This document shows positions 10,104 to 19,366 of a stretch of DNA of 29,110 nucleotides, piece after piece. Within the stretch, counting starts at the first letter, position 1; each line of letters begins with the position of its first letter. Both the position numbers and the translations under genes were made by a program. Source of the stretch: Promethearchaeota archaeon (GTDB lineage: Archaea; Asgardarchaeota; Lokiarchaeia; Sigyniarchaeales; SOKP01); the NCBI GenBank assembly GCA_048941015.1, contig JBHLNZ010000041.1, forward strand, positions 1 through 29,110. Direction: 5' to 3'. The notes under the pieces were generated by a model that searched no databases, was not told the origin of the DNA, and saw only the letters and a program-made list of their open reading frames with translations.

Positions 10104-11210
10104 GTGGATTTAACGAAGGAAAAAAATCAAGAGATTAAAAAGACTCCTCTTTACAATAGCCACATAAAATTAAATGCTAGAATGGTTGAATTCGCGGGAT
10201 TTTTTATGCCTGTTCAATATGAAAGCATTATCAAAGAACATGAAACAGTTCGAACTTATGCTGGTGTGTTTGATATTTCACATATGGGGGAATTCTTACT
10301 AGAAGGTAAAGATGTAATCCCATTTCTACAATACATCATGATAAATGATTTGAATCTATTAGAACCTTCTAAAGGACAATATTCAATAATGTGCTATGAA
10401 AATGGAACTGTTGTTGACGATCTCGTTTATTATGAGGAAACTCCTGAAAGATTTAGAATGATAGTAAACGCTGGTAATATACAAAAAGATCTTGAATGGT
10501 TAAATAGCCATATTGAAAATTATGATTTAAAAATTACTAATCTTTCAGAAAAACGAACTAGATTAGCATTTCAAGGGTTAAAAGCAGAAGAATTATTGCA
10601 ACCTTTAGTAAATGTCGATCTTTCGAAGATTAATCGTTTTTATTTTGCTCATTGTGAACTAAATGATAAACCGATATTTATAGCAAGAACTGGATATACA
10701 GGAGAGAAAGGTTTTGAAATATCTTTCGAAAATCGCTTTGCTGAAGAAATCTGGCAAAATCTATTAGCAACAGGAGCCTCTCCTGCAGGATTAGGTGCAA
10801 GAGATTCACTCAGATTGGAAGCTTGCTATTCTCTGTATGGTCATGAAATAAGCAATTCAATAACAGCTATAGAAGCTGGTCTTAGTTGGTTAGCAAAACC
10901 AAAAGAAGGAATAGACTATATTGGCAAAGAAGTCCTAATGAAACAAAAATCTGAAGGCCCGAATCGAATCATTGCAGGACTTAACCTATTAGATAAAGGG
11001 ATTATTAGGGAGAATTACAAAATTTATAAAAATGAAAATGAAATTGGCTACATCACATCAGGAGGATATTCACCAACTCTTAAAAAGTCTATTGGACTTG
11101 GATTAATTAAAAAAGAATATAGTGAGATTGGAACTGAATTAAAAATTAATATACGTGATAAATTACTTAAAGCGAAAGTCGTTTCTACACCATTTTATCG
11201 AAATGTTTAA
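10104..11210 (+). CDS. gcvT: Glycine cleavage system aminomethyltransferase T
   Basis: KTPLY, FAGFFMPVQY, GVFDISHMGE, ARTGYTGEKGFEI, GLGARDSLRLEA, TSGGYSPTL; GTG start. Confidence 0.96.
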   Translation: MDLTKEKNQEIKKTPLYNSHIKLNARMVEFAGFFMPVQYESIIKEHETVRTYAGVFDISHMGEFLLEGKDVIPFLQYIMINDLNLLEPSKGQYSIMCYENGTVVDDLVYYEETPERFRMIVNAGNIQKDLEWLNSHIENYDLKITNLSEKRTRLAFQGLKAEELLQPLVNVDLSKINRFYFAHCELNDKPIFIARTGYTGEKGFEISFENRFAEEIWQNLLATGASPAGLGARDSLRLEACYSLYGHEISNSITAIEAGLSWLAKPKEGIDYIGKEVLMKQKSEGPNRIIAGLNLLDKGIIRENYKIYKNENEIGYITSGGYSPTLKKSIGLGLIKKEYSEIGTELKINIRDKLLKAKVVSTPFYRNV

Positions 11211-11244
11211 AAATTTTTATTATTTAAAAAAATAGGTAAAAAAA

Positions 11245-11637
11245 ATGGATTATAAATTTCCTACAGACTTGAAATATACGCCATCTCACGAATGGGTAAG
11301 AATTGAAGATAATTTAGCTATTGTTGGAATTACGGATTATGCTCAACATCAACTGGGAGATATTGTATTCGTAGAAATGCCCGAAAAGGGTTTAGTTTTT
11401 GAAAGAGGTAGTAATGCTGCTGAAATAGAATCAGTGAAAGCTGTCGGAGACCTTATCATGCCGTTATCTGGTGAGATTGTTGATATTAATAATAACTTGG
11501 TAGATAATCCTGAGTTAGTAAATAATTCACCTTTCGATGAAGGATGGATAATAAAATTACACATATCTCATCCAAATGAAATTAATGAGTTATTAACTTT
11601 TGAAAATTATAAGGAACTAGTAGAACATGAACAATAA
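11245..11637 (+). CDS. gcvH: Glycine cleavage system H protein
   Basis: KYTPSHEW, VGITDYAQHQLGDIVFV, lipoyl-Lys motif IESVKAV, PELVNNSPFDEGW. Confidence 0.97.
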   Translation: MDYKFPTDLKYTPSHEWVRIEDNLAIVGITDYAQHQLGDIVFVEMPEKGLVFERGSNAAEIESVKAVGDLIMPLSGEIVDINNNLVDNPELVNNSPFDEGWIIKLHISHPNEINELLTFENYKELVEHEQ

Positions 11638-11698
11638 TAAACTTTTTTTTTTGATTTTATATTAACTTTCTAATACTTTACTAAAAGAGTGATCTAAA

Positions 11699-13042
11699 TT
11701 GGATTTTATATCTCATGATAATAAGACCATTTCCAAAATGTTAAGTATTATCGGAATTAAATCTATTGATGAATTATTTCAGGATATTCCTAAAGACTTA
11801 TTAATTAATAAATTAAATTTAGCCGAAGGGTTGTCTGAACCAGATCTAATAAACCACTTAGAAAAATTGGCTAATAAAAACCGAGTTTTTTCGAATTCAT
11901 TCTTGGGAGCAGGTTGTTATTATCATTACATTCCTTCAATAGTAGATTTTATTATAAGCCGTTCAGAATTTTATACTTCATATACCCCGTATCAAGCTGA
12001 AGCTAGTCAAGGCTATCTTCAAGCAATATACGAATATCAAACAATAACCTCTCGGTTAACAGGTATGGATATTGCAAATGCAAGCATGTATGATGGATCA
12101 ACAGCTCTTGCAGAAGCAGCGATTATGGCGTCTATGATTACGGGAAAAAATAGAATAGTTTTATTAGCCGGTATTCATCCAGAATATATAGAAGTGGTTA
12201 AAACATACTGTAAGGGACAGGGGATTGATTATAATATTGTTAGGGAAGATAAACTTTTAGATGAACTTAACCATAATACTGCTGCATTATTATTTCAAAG
12301 TCCTAATTTTTTTGGCGATATTGAAGATTGTGAGGATTTAGTAAAAAAAGTAAAAAATATTTATCCAGAGTGCCTAATTGTACAAGTTATGACTGATCCA
12401 ACTAGTCTTGGTATCTTAAAGCCACCAGGATCAACAGGTATTGATATATTTGTAGCAGAAGGGCAATCTCTAGGGATTAATCCCTCATTTGGAGGACCAG
12501 GATTAGGTATTTTTACAGCAAAGCAAAAATATTTGAGAAAAATGCCAGGTAGGTTGGTTGGAAAGACAAAAGAATTGAATGGTGAAAAAAAAGGGTTTAT
12601 TCTAACATTACAAGCAAGAGAGCAACATATACGTCGTGAAAAAGCAACTTCAAATATTTGTACCAATCAAGCGCTCTGTTCTTTAAGTGCTTTAATTTTT
12701 CTTCTTTCAATGGGTAAGAATGGTTTACAGGAAATTGCAAAACAGAATGTTCAAAAAGCACATTATGTTAAAACTCAATTGCAGGCTATAAGTGGCTATG
12801 AAATATTAAATAAGAAACCAACATATAATGAATTCTTAGTTAAATGTCCAAATATCGAAGCCCTTATTGATAATTGTAAAAATAAAAACCTACTTCCTCC
12901 TCTCCAAGTATCAAAATATTATCCAAATATGGAAGATATCATTTTAATTTGTGTAACGGAAATGAATTCAAAAGAAGCTATCATCAAATTTATTGAAGCT
13001 GCTAAAATAGCTGCAAAGGTTAAAAAGGAGGGAAAAAATTAA
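11699..13042 (+). CDS. gcvPA: Glycine dehydrogenase (decarboxylating) subunit alpha
   Basis: FLGAGCY, EFYTSYTPYQAEASQG, NASMYDG, FGGPGLG, LQAREQHIRREKATSNICTNQAL; TTG start. Confidence 0.96.
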   Translation: MDFISHDNKTISKMLSIIGIKSIDELFQDIPKDLLINKLNLAEGLSEPDLINHLEKLANKNRVFSNSFLGAGCYYHYIPSIVDFIISRSEFYTSYTPYQAEASQGYLQAIYEYQTITSRLTGMDIANASMYDGSTALAEAAIMASMITGKNRIVLLAGIHPEYIEVVKTYCKGQGIDYNIVREDKLLDELNHNTAALLFQSPNFFGDIEDCEDLVKKVKNIYPECLIVQVMTDPTSLGILKPPGSTGIDIFVAEGQSLGINPSFGGPGLGIFTAKQKYLRKMPGRLVGKTKELNGEKKGFILTLQAREQHIRREKATSNICTNQALCSLSALIFLLSMGKNGLQEIAKQNVQKAHYVKTQLQAISGYEILNKKPTYNEFLVKCPNIEALIDNCKNKNLLPPLQVSKYYPNMEDIILICVTEMNSKEAIIKFIEAAKIAAKVKKEGKN

Positions 13043-14478
13043 TGGATTCAAATATTACATTAATTTTTCAAAAAGGAAGTGAGCTCCCTCAGAATAACTT
13101 TATACCAAAAATGGAACTAGAAGAGATTGAAATAAGTAAAATCATTCCAGACAAATTGCTTAGAAAAGAGTTAAATCTTCCTGATGTTCCAGAAGTAGAA
13201 ATTATAAGACATTACATTGAATTAAGCAATAGGAACTATGGTGTTGATAGTGGAATTTATCCATTAGGATCCTGTACAATGAAATACAATCCTAAAGTAA
13301 ACGAAATTGTTGCCAGAATGCCCAATTTTTCAAAAATTCACCCCCTTCAAGAAGAATGTCAAGGTTGTTTTGAATTACTTTATAATTTTTCAAAAATATT
13401 GGGTGAGATAACTGGTATGGATGGTTTTACGCTACAACCTGCTGCAGGTGCTCATGGAGAACTAACAGGATTATTAATTATGAAAAAATTTTTCGAAACT
13501 CAACAAATAAAAAAAAATAAGATTATAATACCTGATTCTGCTCATGGTACAAATCCTGCATCCGCGAAAATGGCAGGATTTTCGATAATAGAACTTCAAT
13601 CCAATGAAAAGGGGGAAGTGCCATTAGATCAACTAGAATTTGCAATGAAGGAGGGGGATGTTGCAGGCATAATGTTGACAAATCCAAATACATTAGGTGT
13701 TTTTGAAGGCCAAATAAAGGAAATTACACATATTGTTCATGAGAATGGGGGACTATGTTATTATGATGGTGCGAATTTAAATCCTATGTTAGGAATTTGT
13801 CGCCCTAAAGATATGGGATTTGACATTGTTCATCTTAATCTTCATAAAACTTTCTCTACACCACATGGAGGGGGCGGTCCCGGCTCGGGTCCAGTTGGAG
13901 TGACTAAAGATTTAATAAAATTTCTTCCTGAACCCTGTATAATTTCTACAAAAAATGGTTTCATATGTCAAAAGAATACAGATACATCAATTGGACGAAT
14001 AAAATCTTTCTGGGGAAATTTTGGCGTCATTGTTCGTGCTTATTCCTATGTTTTAGCCTTGGGTGCAGAAGGCTTGCGTAGAGTAGGTAAAATAGCTGTT
14101 TTAAATGCGAATTATTTAAGAGTCTTGCTACAAGGTAAATATAACTTACCTTATAATCGATTATGCAAACATGAATTTGTTCTATCAGATCAGGGATTGC
14201 CTAATAATATCACTACAGAGGATATAGCGAAAAGAATCCTTGATTTTGGAGTATATGCTCCAACAATTTACTTTCCATTGATAATAAATGGAGCAATAAT
14301 GATAGAACCTACAGAAACAGAATCAAAAGCTTCACTTGACAAATTTATAGCTGTAATGCTTAAAATTTATGATGAAGTAAAACAAAATCCAGAAATTATA
14401 AAAACTGCGCCTCATAATACGTTTGTTGGACGTTTAGATGCTGTTACTGCTGCAAGAAAACCTCTTCTGAAAGAATAA
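13042..14478 (+). CDS. gcvPB: Glycine dehydrogenase (decarboxylating) subunit beta
   Basis: YPLGSCTMKYNP, QPAAGAHGE, SAHGTNPASA, PLP-Lys motif HLNLHKTFSTPHGGGGPG, MIEPTETES; TAATG stop/start overlap with gcvPA. Confidence 0.97.
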   Translation: MDSNITLIFQKGSELPQNNFIPKMELEEIEISKIIPDKLLRKELNLPDVPEVEIIRHYIELSNRNYGVDSGIYPLGSCTMKYNPKVNEIVARMPNFSKIHPLQEECQGCFELLYNFSKILGEITGMDGFTLQPAAGAHGELTGLLIMKKFFETQQIKKNKIIIPDSAHGTNPASAKMAGFSIIELQSNEKGEVPLDQLEFAMKEGDVAGIMLTNPNTLGVFEGQIKEITHIVHENGGLCYYDGANLNPMLGICRPKDMGFDIVHLNLHKTFSTPHGGGGPGSGPVGVTKDLIKFLPEPCIISTKNGFICQKNTDTSIGRIKSFWGNFGVIVRAYSYVLALGAEGLRRVGKIAVLNANYLRVLLQGKYNLPYNRLCKHEFVLSDQGLPNNITTEDIAKRILDFGVYAPTIYFPLIINGAIMIEPTETESKASLDKFIAVMLKIYDEVKQNPEIIKTAPHNTFVGRLDAVTAARKPLLKE

Positions 14479-14505
14479 TAGAAGTATAAAAAAGTAACTT
14501 TTTAA

Positions 14506-15369
14506 TCATAATATAGCATTTTTAAGAGAATTATGACAACGACATTCTCTTCCAATATCTATTTTTGTTATTGTAAATTCAAGTAAATTCTTTAAATTAA
14601 TTGCATTTTTTTCCATAGTTTTTAAAACCTCTGGCACGTTAACCGATAAATTACTTATTTTACTACCACATTTTTCACAAGTTTGAGCAAATTCAACTAT
14701 TCCACATTTTGGACATTCAGCTGCCCAAACATCAAGATCAGTGATCATTGCAATACAACAATAACAAACTTCCTTTTCAGCAGCTAAAGTTACTTCAGGG
14801 TAAGTTGTCATTCCTACTATATCACCACCCCATTGGCGGAATATCTTCGATTCTGCTCTTGTTGAGAATCTTGGTCCTTCAATACAAACATATGTCCCAC
14901 CAATTTGAATATTTAAATCTAATTGCTTTCCACTATTAAAAAACAATTTATTTAAATAATCACAGAAGGCGTCAGCTTGCTCTATATGACATAATTTACC
15001 ACCTTCGTAAAAGGTTTCCTTTCTTTTTTTTGTTCTGTCAATATATTGGTCTACTAAAATAAATTTACCTTTATCATGCTTTTTTCTTAAAGATCCTACT
15101 GCTGAAGTAGATATTATATGCTTTACTCCTAATTCCTTCAAAGCCCAAATATTTGCTTGATAATTTATCTTATGGGGAGGGATTGAATGCCCTACCCCAT
15201 GTCTTGGTATAAATGCTACTTTTTTATCTTTAAAGTCACCAATTATTATCGCTGCAGAAGTATTACCATAGGGAGTGTATACTTTTAAATCTTTTACGTT
15301 TTCAAACTCAATATTAGAACCCGTTCCGCCTATTATTCCTATATCAACCTTAATTAATTTGTTTTTCAT
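14506..15369 (-). CDS. mtnP: S-methyl-5'-thioadenosine phosphorylase paralogue with zinc-ribbon insertion
   Basis: IGIIGGTG, TPYG, PRHG.GH.IPPH.INY.ANIWAL, SAVGSL, IEGPRFSTRAES, VGMT.YPE, ITDLD; ATG 15369 (TTG 15378 alternative). Confidence 0.88.
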   Translation of the reverse strand: MKNKLIKVDIGIIGGTGSNIEFENVKDLKVYTPYGNTSAAIIIGDFKDKKVAFIPRHGVGHSIPPHKINYQANIWALKELGVKHIISTSAVGSLRKKHDKGKFILVDQYIDRTKKRKETFYEGGKLCHIEQADAFCDYLNKLFFNSGKQLDLNIQIGGTYVCIEGPRFSTRAESKIFRQWGGDIVGMTTYPEVTLAAEKEVCYCCIAMITDLDVWAAECPKCGIVEFAQTCEKCGSKISNLSVNVPEVLKTMEKNAINLKNLLEFTITKIDIGRECRCHNSLKNAIL

Positions 15370-15379
15370 ATTAATCAAA

Positions 15380-15409
15380 TTATTTTTATTTTAATTAAAA
15401 TAAAAATAA
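15380..15409. repeat. Perfect 30-bp palindrome between the divergent MTAP genes
   Basis: TTATTTTTATTTTAA|TTAAAATAAAAATAA equals its own reverse complement; further TAAAA units follow. Confidence 0.85.
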
Positions 15410-15479
15410 AATAAAATAAAATTTCAGCAATTTTAAATATTATAAATAAATAATTCAAAAATACTAAATAGTGAATAAT

Positions 15480-16229
15480 ATGGTAAAAATAGGAATCATT
15501 GGAGGGTCAGGCTTAGATAATCCGGAGATATTAAAAGAAGCTAGAGATATAGAGGTAGATACTCCCTATGGGAAACCTTCTTCTCCTTTGAAATTAGGAA
15601 AGATTTATAATAAAGATGTGGTATTAATTGCCAGACATGGGCGTCATCATACAATTCCTCCAACACAAGTAAATTATAGGGCAAATATTTGGGCTTTAAA
15701 AGATCAAGCATGTACATATATTTTAGCTACTACTGCTTGTGGAAGTTTGAGATTAGAAATTGAAAGAGGTGATTTAGTTATTCTTGATCAATTTATTGAT
15801 TTCACAAGATTAAGGAAAATTAGTTTTTTTGAAGAATTTCCGCCTGGTGCAGCTAAACATACTGCAATGGCTTATCCTTATTCAGAAGAATTAAGAAAGA
15901 TTCTTATTGATACAGCAGAAGAGTTAAATCTAAAATATCACAAGAAAGGAACCGTTGTTACCATTGAAGGCCCGCGATTCTCAACAAGAGCAGAATCAGA
16001 AATGTTTAGGATCTGGGGAGCTGATGTTATTAATATGAGTATTGCTCCTGAAACCATTTTAGCAAATGAAGCTGCTATTCCCTATGCTGCTGTTGCTATG
16101 TCTACAGATTATGATTGTTGGAAAGATGATGAGGTTCCTGTTACTTGGAATGAAATATTAAACATTTTTAATAAGAACGTTAACAATGTAATTTCTCTAT
16201 TAACAAATGCAATAAAAAAAATAAAATAA
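15480..16229 (+). CDS. mtnP: S-methyl-5'-thioadenosine phosphorylase, eukaryote-like
   Basis: VKIGIIGGSGLDNPEIL, VDTPYGKPS, ARHGRHHTIPP..VNYRANIWALK, TTACGSLR, IEGPRFSTRAES, STDYDCW; ATG 15480 (GTG 15471 alternative). Confidence 0.93.
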   Translation: MVKIGIIGGSGLDNPEILKEARDIEVDTPYGKPSSPLKLGKIYNKDVVLIARHGRHHTIPPTQVNYRANIWALKDQACTYILATTACGSLRLEIERGDLVILDQFIDFTRLRKISFFEEFPPGAAKHTAMAYPYSEELRKILIDTAEELNLKYHKKGTVVTIEGPRFSTRAESEMFRIWGADVINMSIAPETILANEAAIPYAAVAMSTDYDCWKDDEVPVTWNEILNIFNKNVNNVISLLTNAIKKIK

Positions 16230-16451
16230 GTATCCAAATTTAATATAATTTCTTTTTACTTTTTAAATCTCAAAAAAGTTTAATTAATATTGGAAAAGTT
16301 AATAATTTAAAACGTACTTTATTATTGGATTTTAATATATTACTGAGTCTTATTATCTGAAAAATTAATTATGATTCTTAATAAAAATATTGAAATCTTT
16401 TGAATGTTTCAAATACTTGGTAAATAAATTTTTGGACAGGCTTCTTAATTT

Positions 16452-17759
16452 ATGGTGAATATATCTTTTTTAGGGGGTTGTAGGGAAGTTGGGGCTTCAG
16501 CAATTTTAATTGAGTCAAATGAGGGGAATAAATGCATTTTAGATTATGGTGTTCGATTTAATAACGATGATCGGCTCCCTTATAATGGATCTATCAATAA
16601 TCTTAAGGCTATCGCATTATCTCACTGCCATATAGATCATTCTGGAGCATTACCTTATCTCTATAAAGAATTTGAAGTTCCACTTTACACAAATTCGATA
16701 ACTCTAAGAATTTCTGAAATTTTACTGAAAGATATGATTAAAATTTCAAATTATCCATATCCTTTTGGATTTAGAGAATTGGATAGATTACGCCGTAATG
16801 CATATTTTCTTGACTATGGTATTAAAAGAAAAATAGCTGATAATTTTTATATTACCTTTTACGATGCGGGACATATTCCGGGGAGTGTATCAATATTAGT
16901 AGAAGTTAATAAAAAAAAAATTTTTTATACTGGTGATATTAACACTATAAATACAAATTTAGTAAAACCAGCAAATTCATTAGACTTACCTGAGCTGGAT
17001 GCATTGATCATTGAATCGACTTATGCACTAAGAGAACACCCTCCGAGAGATGATCTTGAAAAAGAATTTATAGACAAAATAACAAATGTTACTGAAGATG
17101 GAGGTAAGATATTAATTCCTGCTTTTGGAGTTGCTCGCTCCCAAGAAATATTGCTTATTTTGCATAAATATAATTTTAAGGAAAAAATTTTTGTAGATGG
17201 ACTTGCTCGAAAAATTTCCTCAGCATATTTAAATTATCCCATGTTTTTAAAAAATCCAAAAAATTTTAAATCTGCACTTAAAAAGTCTCACTTTGTTTCT
17301 AAGAAAAATAGAAAAGCAGTAGTCAACAAGCCAGGAGGAATAATTATATCTCCTTCTGGTATGTTGAAAGGAGGCGCAGCAATTAATTATATCAAGAAAA
17401 TTTTACCTGATCCTTCCTCTGGAATTTACATGGTCGGTTATCAAGTTGAGGGTACACCTGGGAGAATGCTTTTAGATGAGGGGATTTTTATTTATAAGGA
17501 AAGCCTAAGAAGAAAAGGATCAAAAATTGGTGATTTTTCAATCAAAGCCGAATGCGATTTTGATTATTTCGATTTTTCTAGCCATGCTGATAAACATCAT
17601 CTTTATCAATATATAAATAATTTAAAATTTCAAGATAAATCAGAATTTATTTTTTGCGTGCATGGTGAAGAGAAAGCAACTACCAATATGGCTAAAGATT
17701 TATCTAAATTAGAATATATTTCTGTTGCTCCAGAAACAGGAGAAACTTATAAAATTTAA
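16452..17759 (+). CDS. Metallo-beta-lactamase beta-CASP ribonuclease (aCPSF-like, no KH domains)
   Basis: LGGCREVG, LDYG, SHCHIDHSG, AGHIPGS, YTGD, IESTY, PAF.VARSQE, SGML.GG, GYQ.EGTPG, SSHAD, VHGE. Confidence 0.9.
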   Translation: MVNISFLGGCREVGASAILIESNEGNKCILDYGVRFNNDDRLPYNGSINNLKAIALSHCHIDHSGALPYLYKEFEVPLYTNSITLRISEILLKDMIKISNYPYPFGFRELDRLRRNAYFLDYGIKRKIADNFYITFYDAGHIPGSVSILVEVNKKKIFYTGDINTINTNLVKPANSLDLPELDALIIESTYALREHPPRDDLEKEFIDKITNVTEDGGKILIPAFGVARSQEILLILHKYNFKEKIFVDGLARKISSAYLNYPMFLKNPKNFKSALKKSHFVSKKNRKAVVNKPGGIIISPSGMLKGGAAINYIKKILPDPSSGIYMVGYQVEGTPGRMLLDEGIFIYKESLRRKGSKIGDFSIKAECDFDYFDFSSHADKHHLYQYINNLKFQDKSEFIFCVHGEEKATTNMAKDLSKLEYISVAPETGETYKI

Positions 17760-17781
17760 AGAAATTACTTTTTTAATGACT

Positions 17782-19287
17782 TCAATTTTTTAATTGTTGT
17801 TCTAAGATCCTATTACAATTCTCTAAAAAGATCTCGATTTTTTTAATTGGTACTTTTGTTCCTGCAGCAGGTGGATGGCCTCCTCCTAAAATGTCTAAAT
17901 CAGAATCTTTCAATGCTTCTCTAATTATCTCCGAAAGATTAATTCCTTTATTTACTACCTTTTCATGCAATCTTCCTGATATTTTATAAACCTCTTCATT
18001 ACTTCTTTTAGCGATTCCAAAAATAGGTTTGCTTTTATCAATAATGCCACTTTTATCGAAAATCAGCATAGAAGCAATAGTCCCGACCATACTTTCTGGT
18101 ATAACATCTTCTCCAAAGAAATATTGAATATTTTTCTTTTCTTGAATTTTATTCTCTTTTTGGATCCATGAGAGCGCTTTAGCAATCAATTTTTTATAAT
18201 TTATCAAATTTTCTTGAGCTTTTCGATAAGCAATACGTCTATCACCCATCGCAACTGCAATACCTAATGAACCATTATAACTTCTTCCGCATGAATTCAG
18301 TAGATTAGAGAATTCACTTAAATCATGAAGTTCTGATCCCACTACTTCATTCTTCAATAAATATCTATTAACAATCAAGTTCTTAATGATTTCATTTGGT
18401 TCAATATCAAGCTTCAAAGATGAGTATTCTATTATAGCGGAGGTTATCTTTTGCTTCTCATCCTGATTCAAATCGTTTAAAGTTTTAACACTCCCATCAG
18501 AATTTTCCATCAAAAAACCTAGTCGCTGCAAAAACTTTAAAGTTTTATTTGGATTACCGCTTAAACCAGGTAAATTTATATCAGAAGAATAAGCAATTGA
18601 TTCATTCAAGGGTTTTATTGAAGAAAAGTTTAAATCATTTACTTCTTCTACAAGATTTACATGCTTAGCCTCTTCTAATATTAAAGAATTAAATCCTATG
18701 AATGAATTATTCGGACCTTGGTTTTGAATATCACCGTTAGCTCCAATTAATGCGATAGAAGATAAGTCTATATTATTACTATTTAAAACTTTAGCAAAAA
18801 AGTAACACATTCCAGCTCCGGAGATTTCTACACTTCCATCAATATTATAGAAATAAGGATTCAAATGCCAGGGGGAAGTGTTTGAATAAACATCTTGTAA
18901 TAAGGGGTCATCTTTATTTGCGATCTCTTGTGGTAGATGATGATCAAGAATAATAAAGGGAATCTTTTCTTTTAGCTGTTTGATCAATTCTAAATATTGA
19001 CCACTCCCAAAATCAGCAAAAATTACAAATTTATTAAATTCATTATCATTTTCACTAACTTTTAAAATATTTTCTCTCTCTAATTGCTTTAATATTGAAA
19101 TTTGGAAAGGAATACTTTCTCTATAAAAAGATTTTCCAAGTATCGCTCCTGACGCTAGTCCGTCTGCATCTAAATGAGTATATATATGAATCGATGAATT
19201 TAATGACTTTATCTCATCAAATAGAAACTTTTTTGCCTTTTTTAAATCAGAGATTAATTTATCTTCTTTTTCTTTTAATTCATTCAT
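17782..19287 (-). CDS. Archaeal RecJ/Cdc45-like DHH phosphoesterase (GAN-like)
   Basis: THLDADG, ADFGSG, LDHH, EISGAG, GANGDIQ, LNSCGR, DHHA1 motif GGGHPPAAG; all DHH motifs intact. Confidence 0.9.
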   Translation of the reverse strand: MNELKEKEDKLISDLKKAKKFLFDEIKSLNSSIHIYTHLDADGLASGAILGKSFYRESIPFQISILKQLERENILKVSENDNEFNKFVIFADFGSGQYLELIKQLKEKIPFIILDHHLPQEIANKDDPLLQDVYSNTSPWHLNPYFYNIDGSVEISGAGMCYFFAKVLNSNNIDLSSIALIGANGDIQNQGPNNSFIGFNSLILEEAKHVNLVEEVNDLNFSSIKPLNESIAYSSDINLPGLSGNPNKTLKFLQRLGFLMENSDGSVKTLNDLNQDEKQKITSAIIEYSSLKLDIEPNEIIKNLIVNRYLLKNEVVGSELHDLSEFSNLLNSCGRSYNGSLGIAVAMGDRRIAYRKAQENLINYKKLIAKALSWIQKENKIQEKKNIQYFFGEDVIPESMVGTIASMLIFDKSGIIDKSKPIFGIAKRSNEEVYKISGRLHEKVVNKGINLSEIIREALKDSDLDILGGGHPPAAGTKVPIKKIEIFLENCNRILEQQLKN

Positions 19288-19366
19288 TTTTATAAAATTT
19301 TAATTATAATATTAATAAGAAAATAATAATAAATACTCAATTAAAATTAACAATTAAGTGATAAAT

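Noticed and set aside
16452-19287. Beta-CASP plus DHH nuclease pair as a defence system
   Set aside because: Both are ordinary archaeal housekeeping nuclease families, convergently transcribed, with no defence-associated partners nearby
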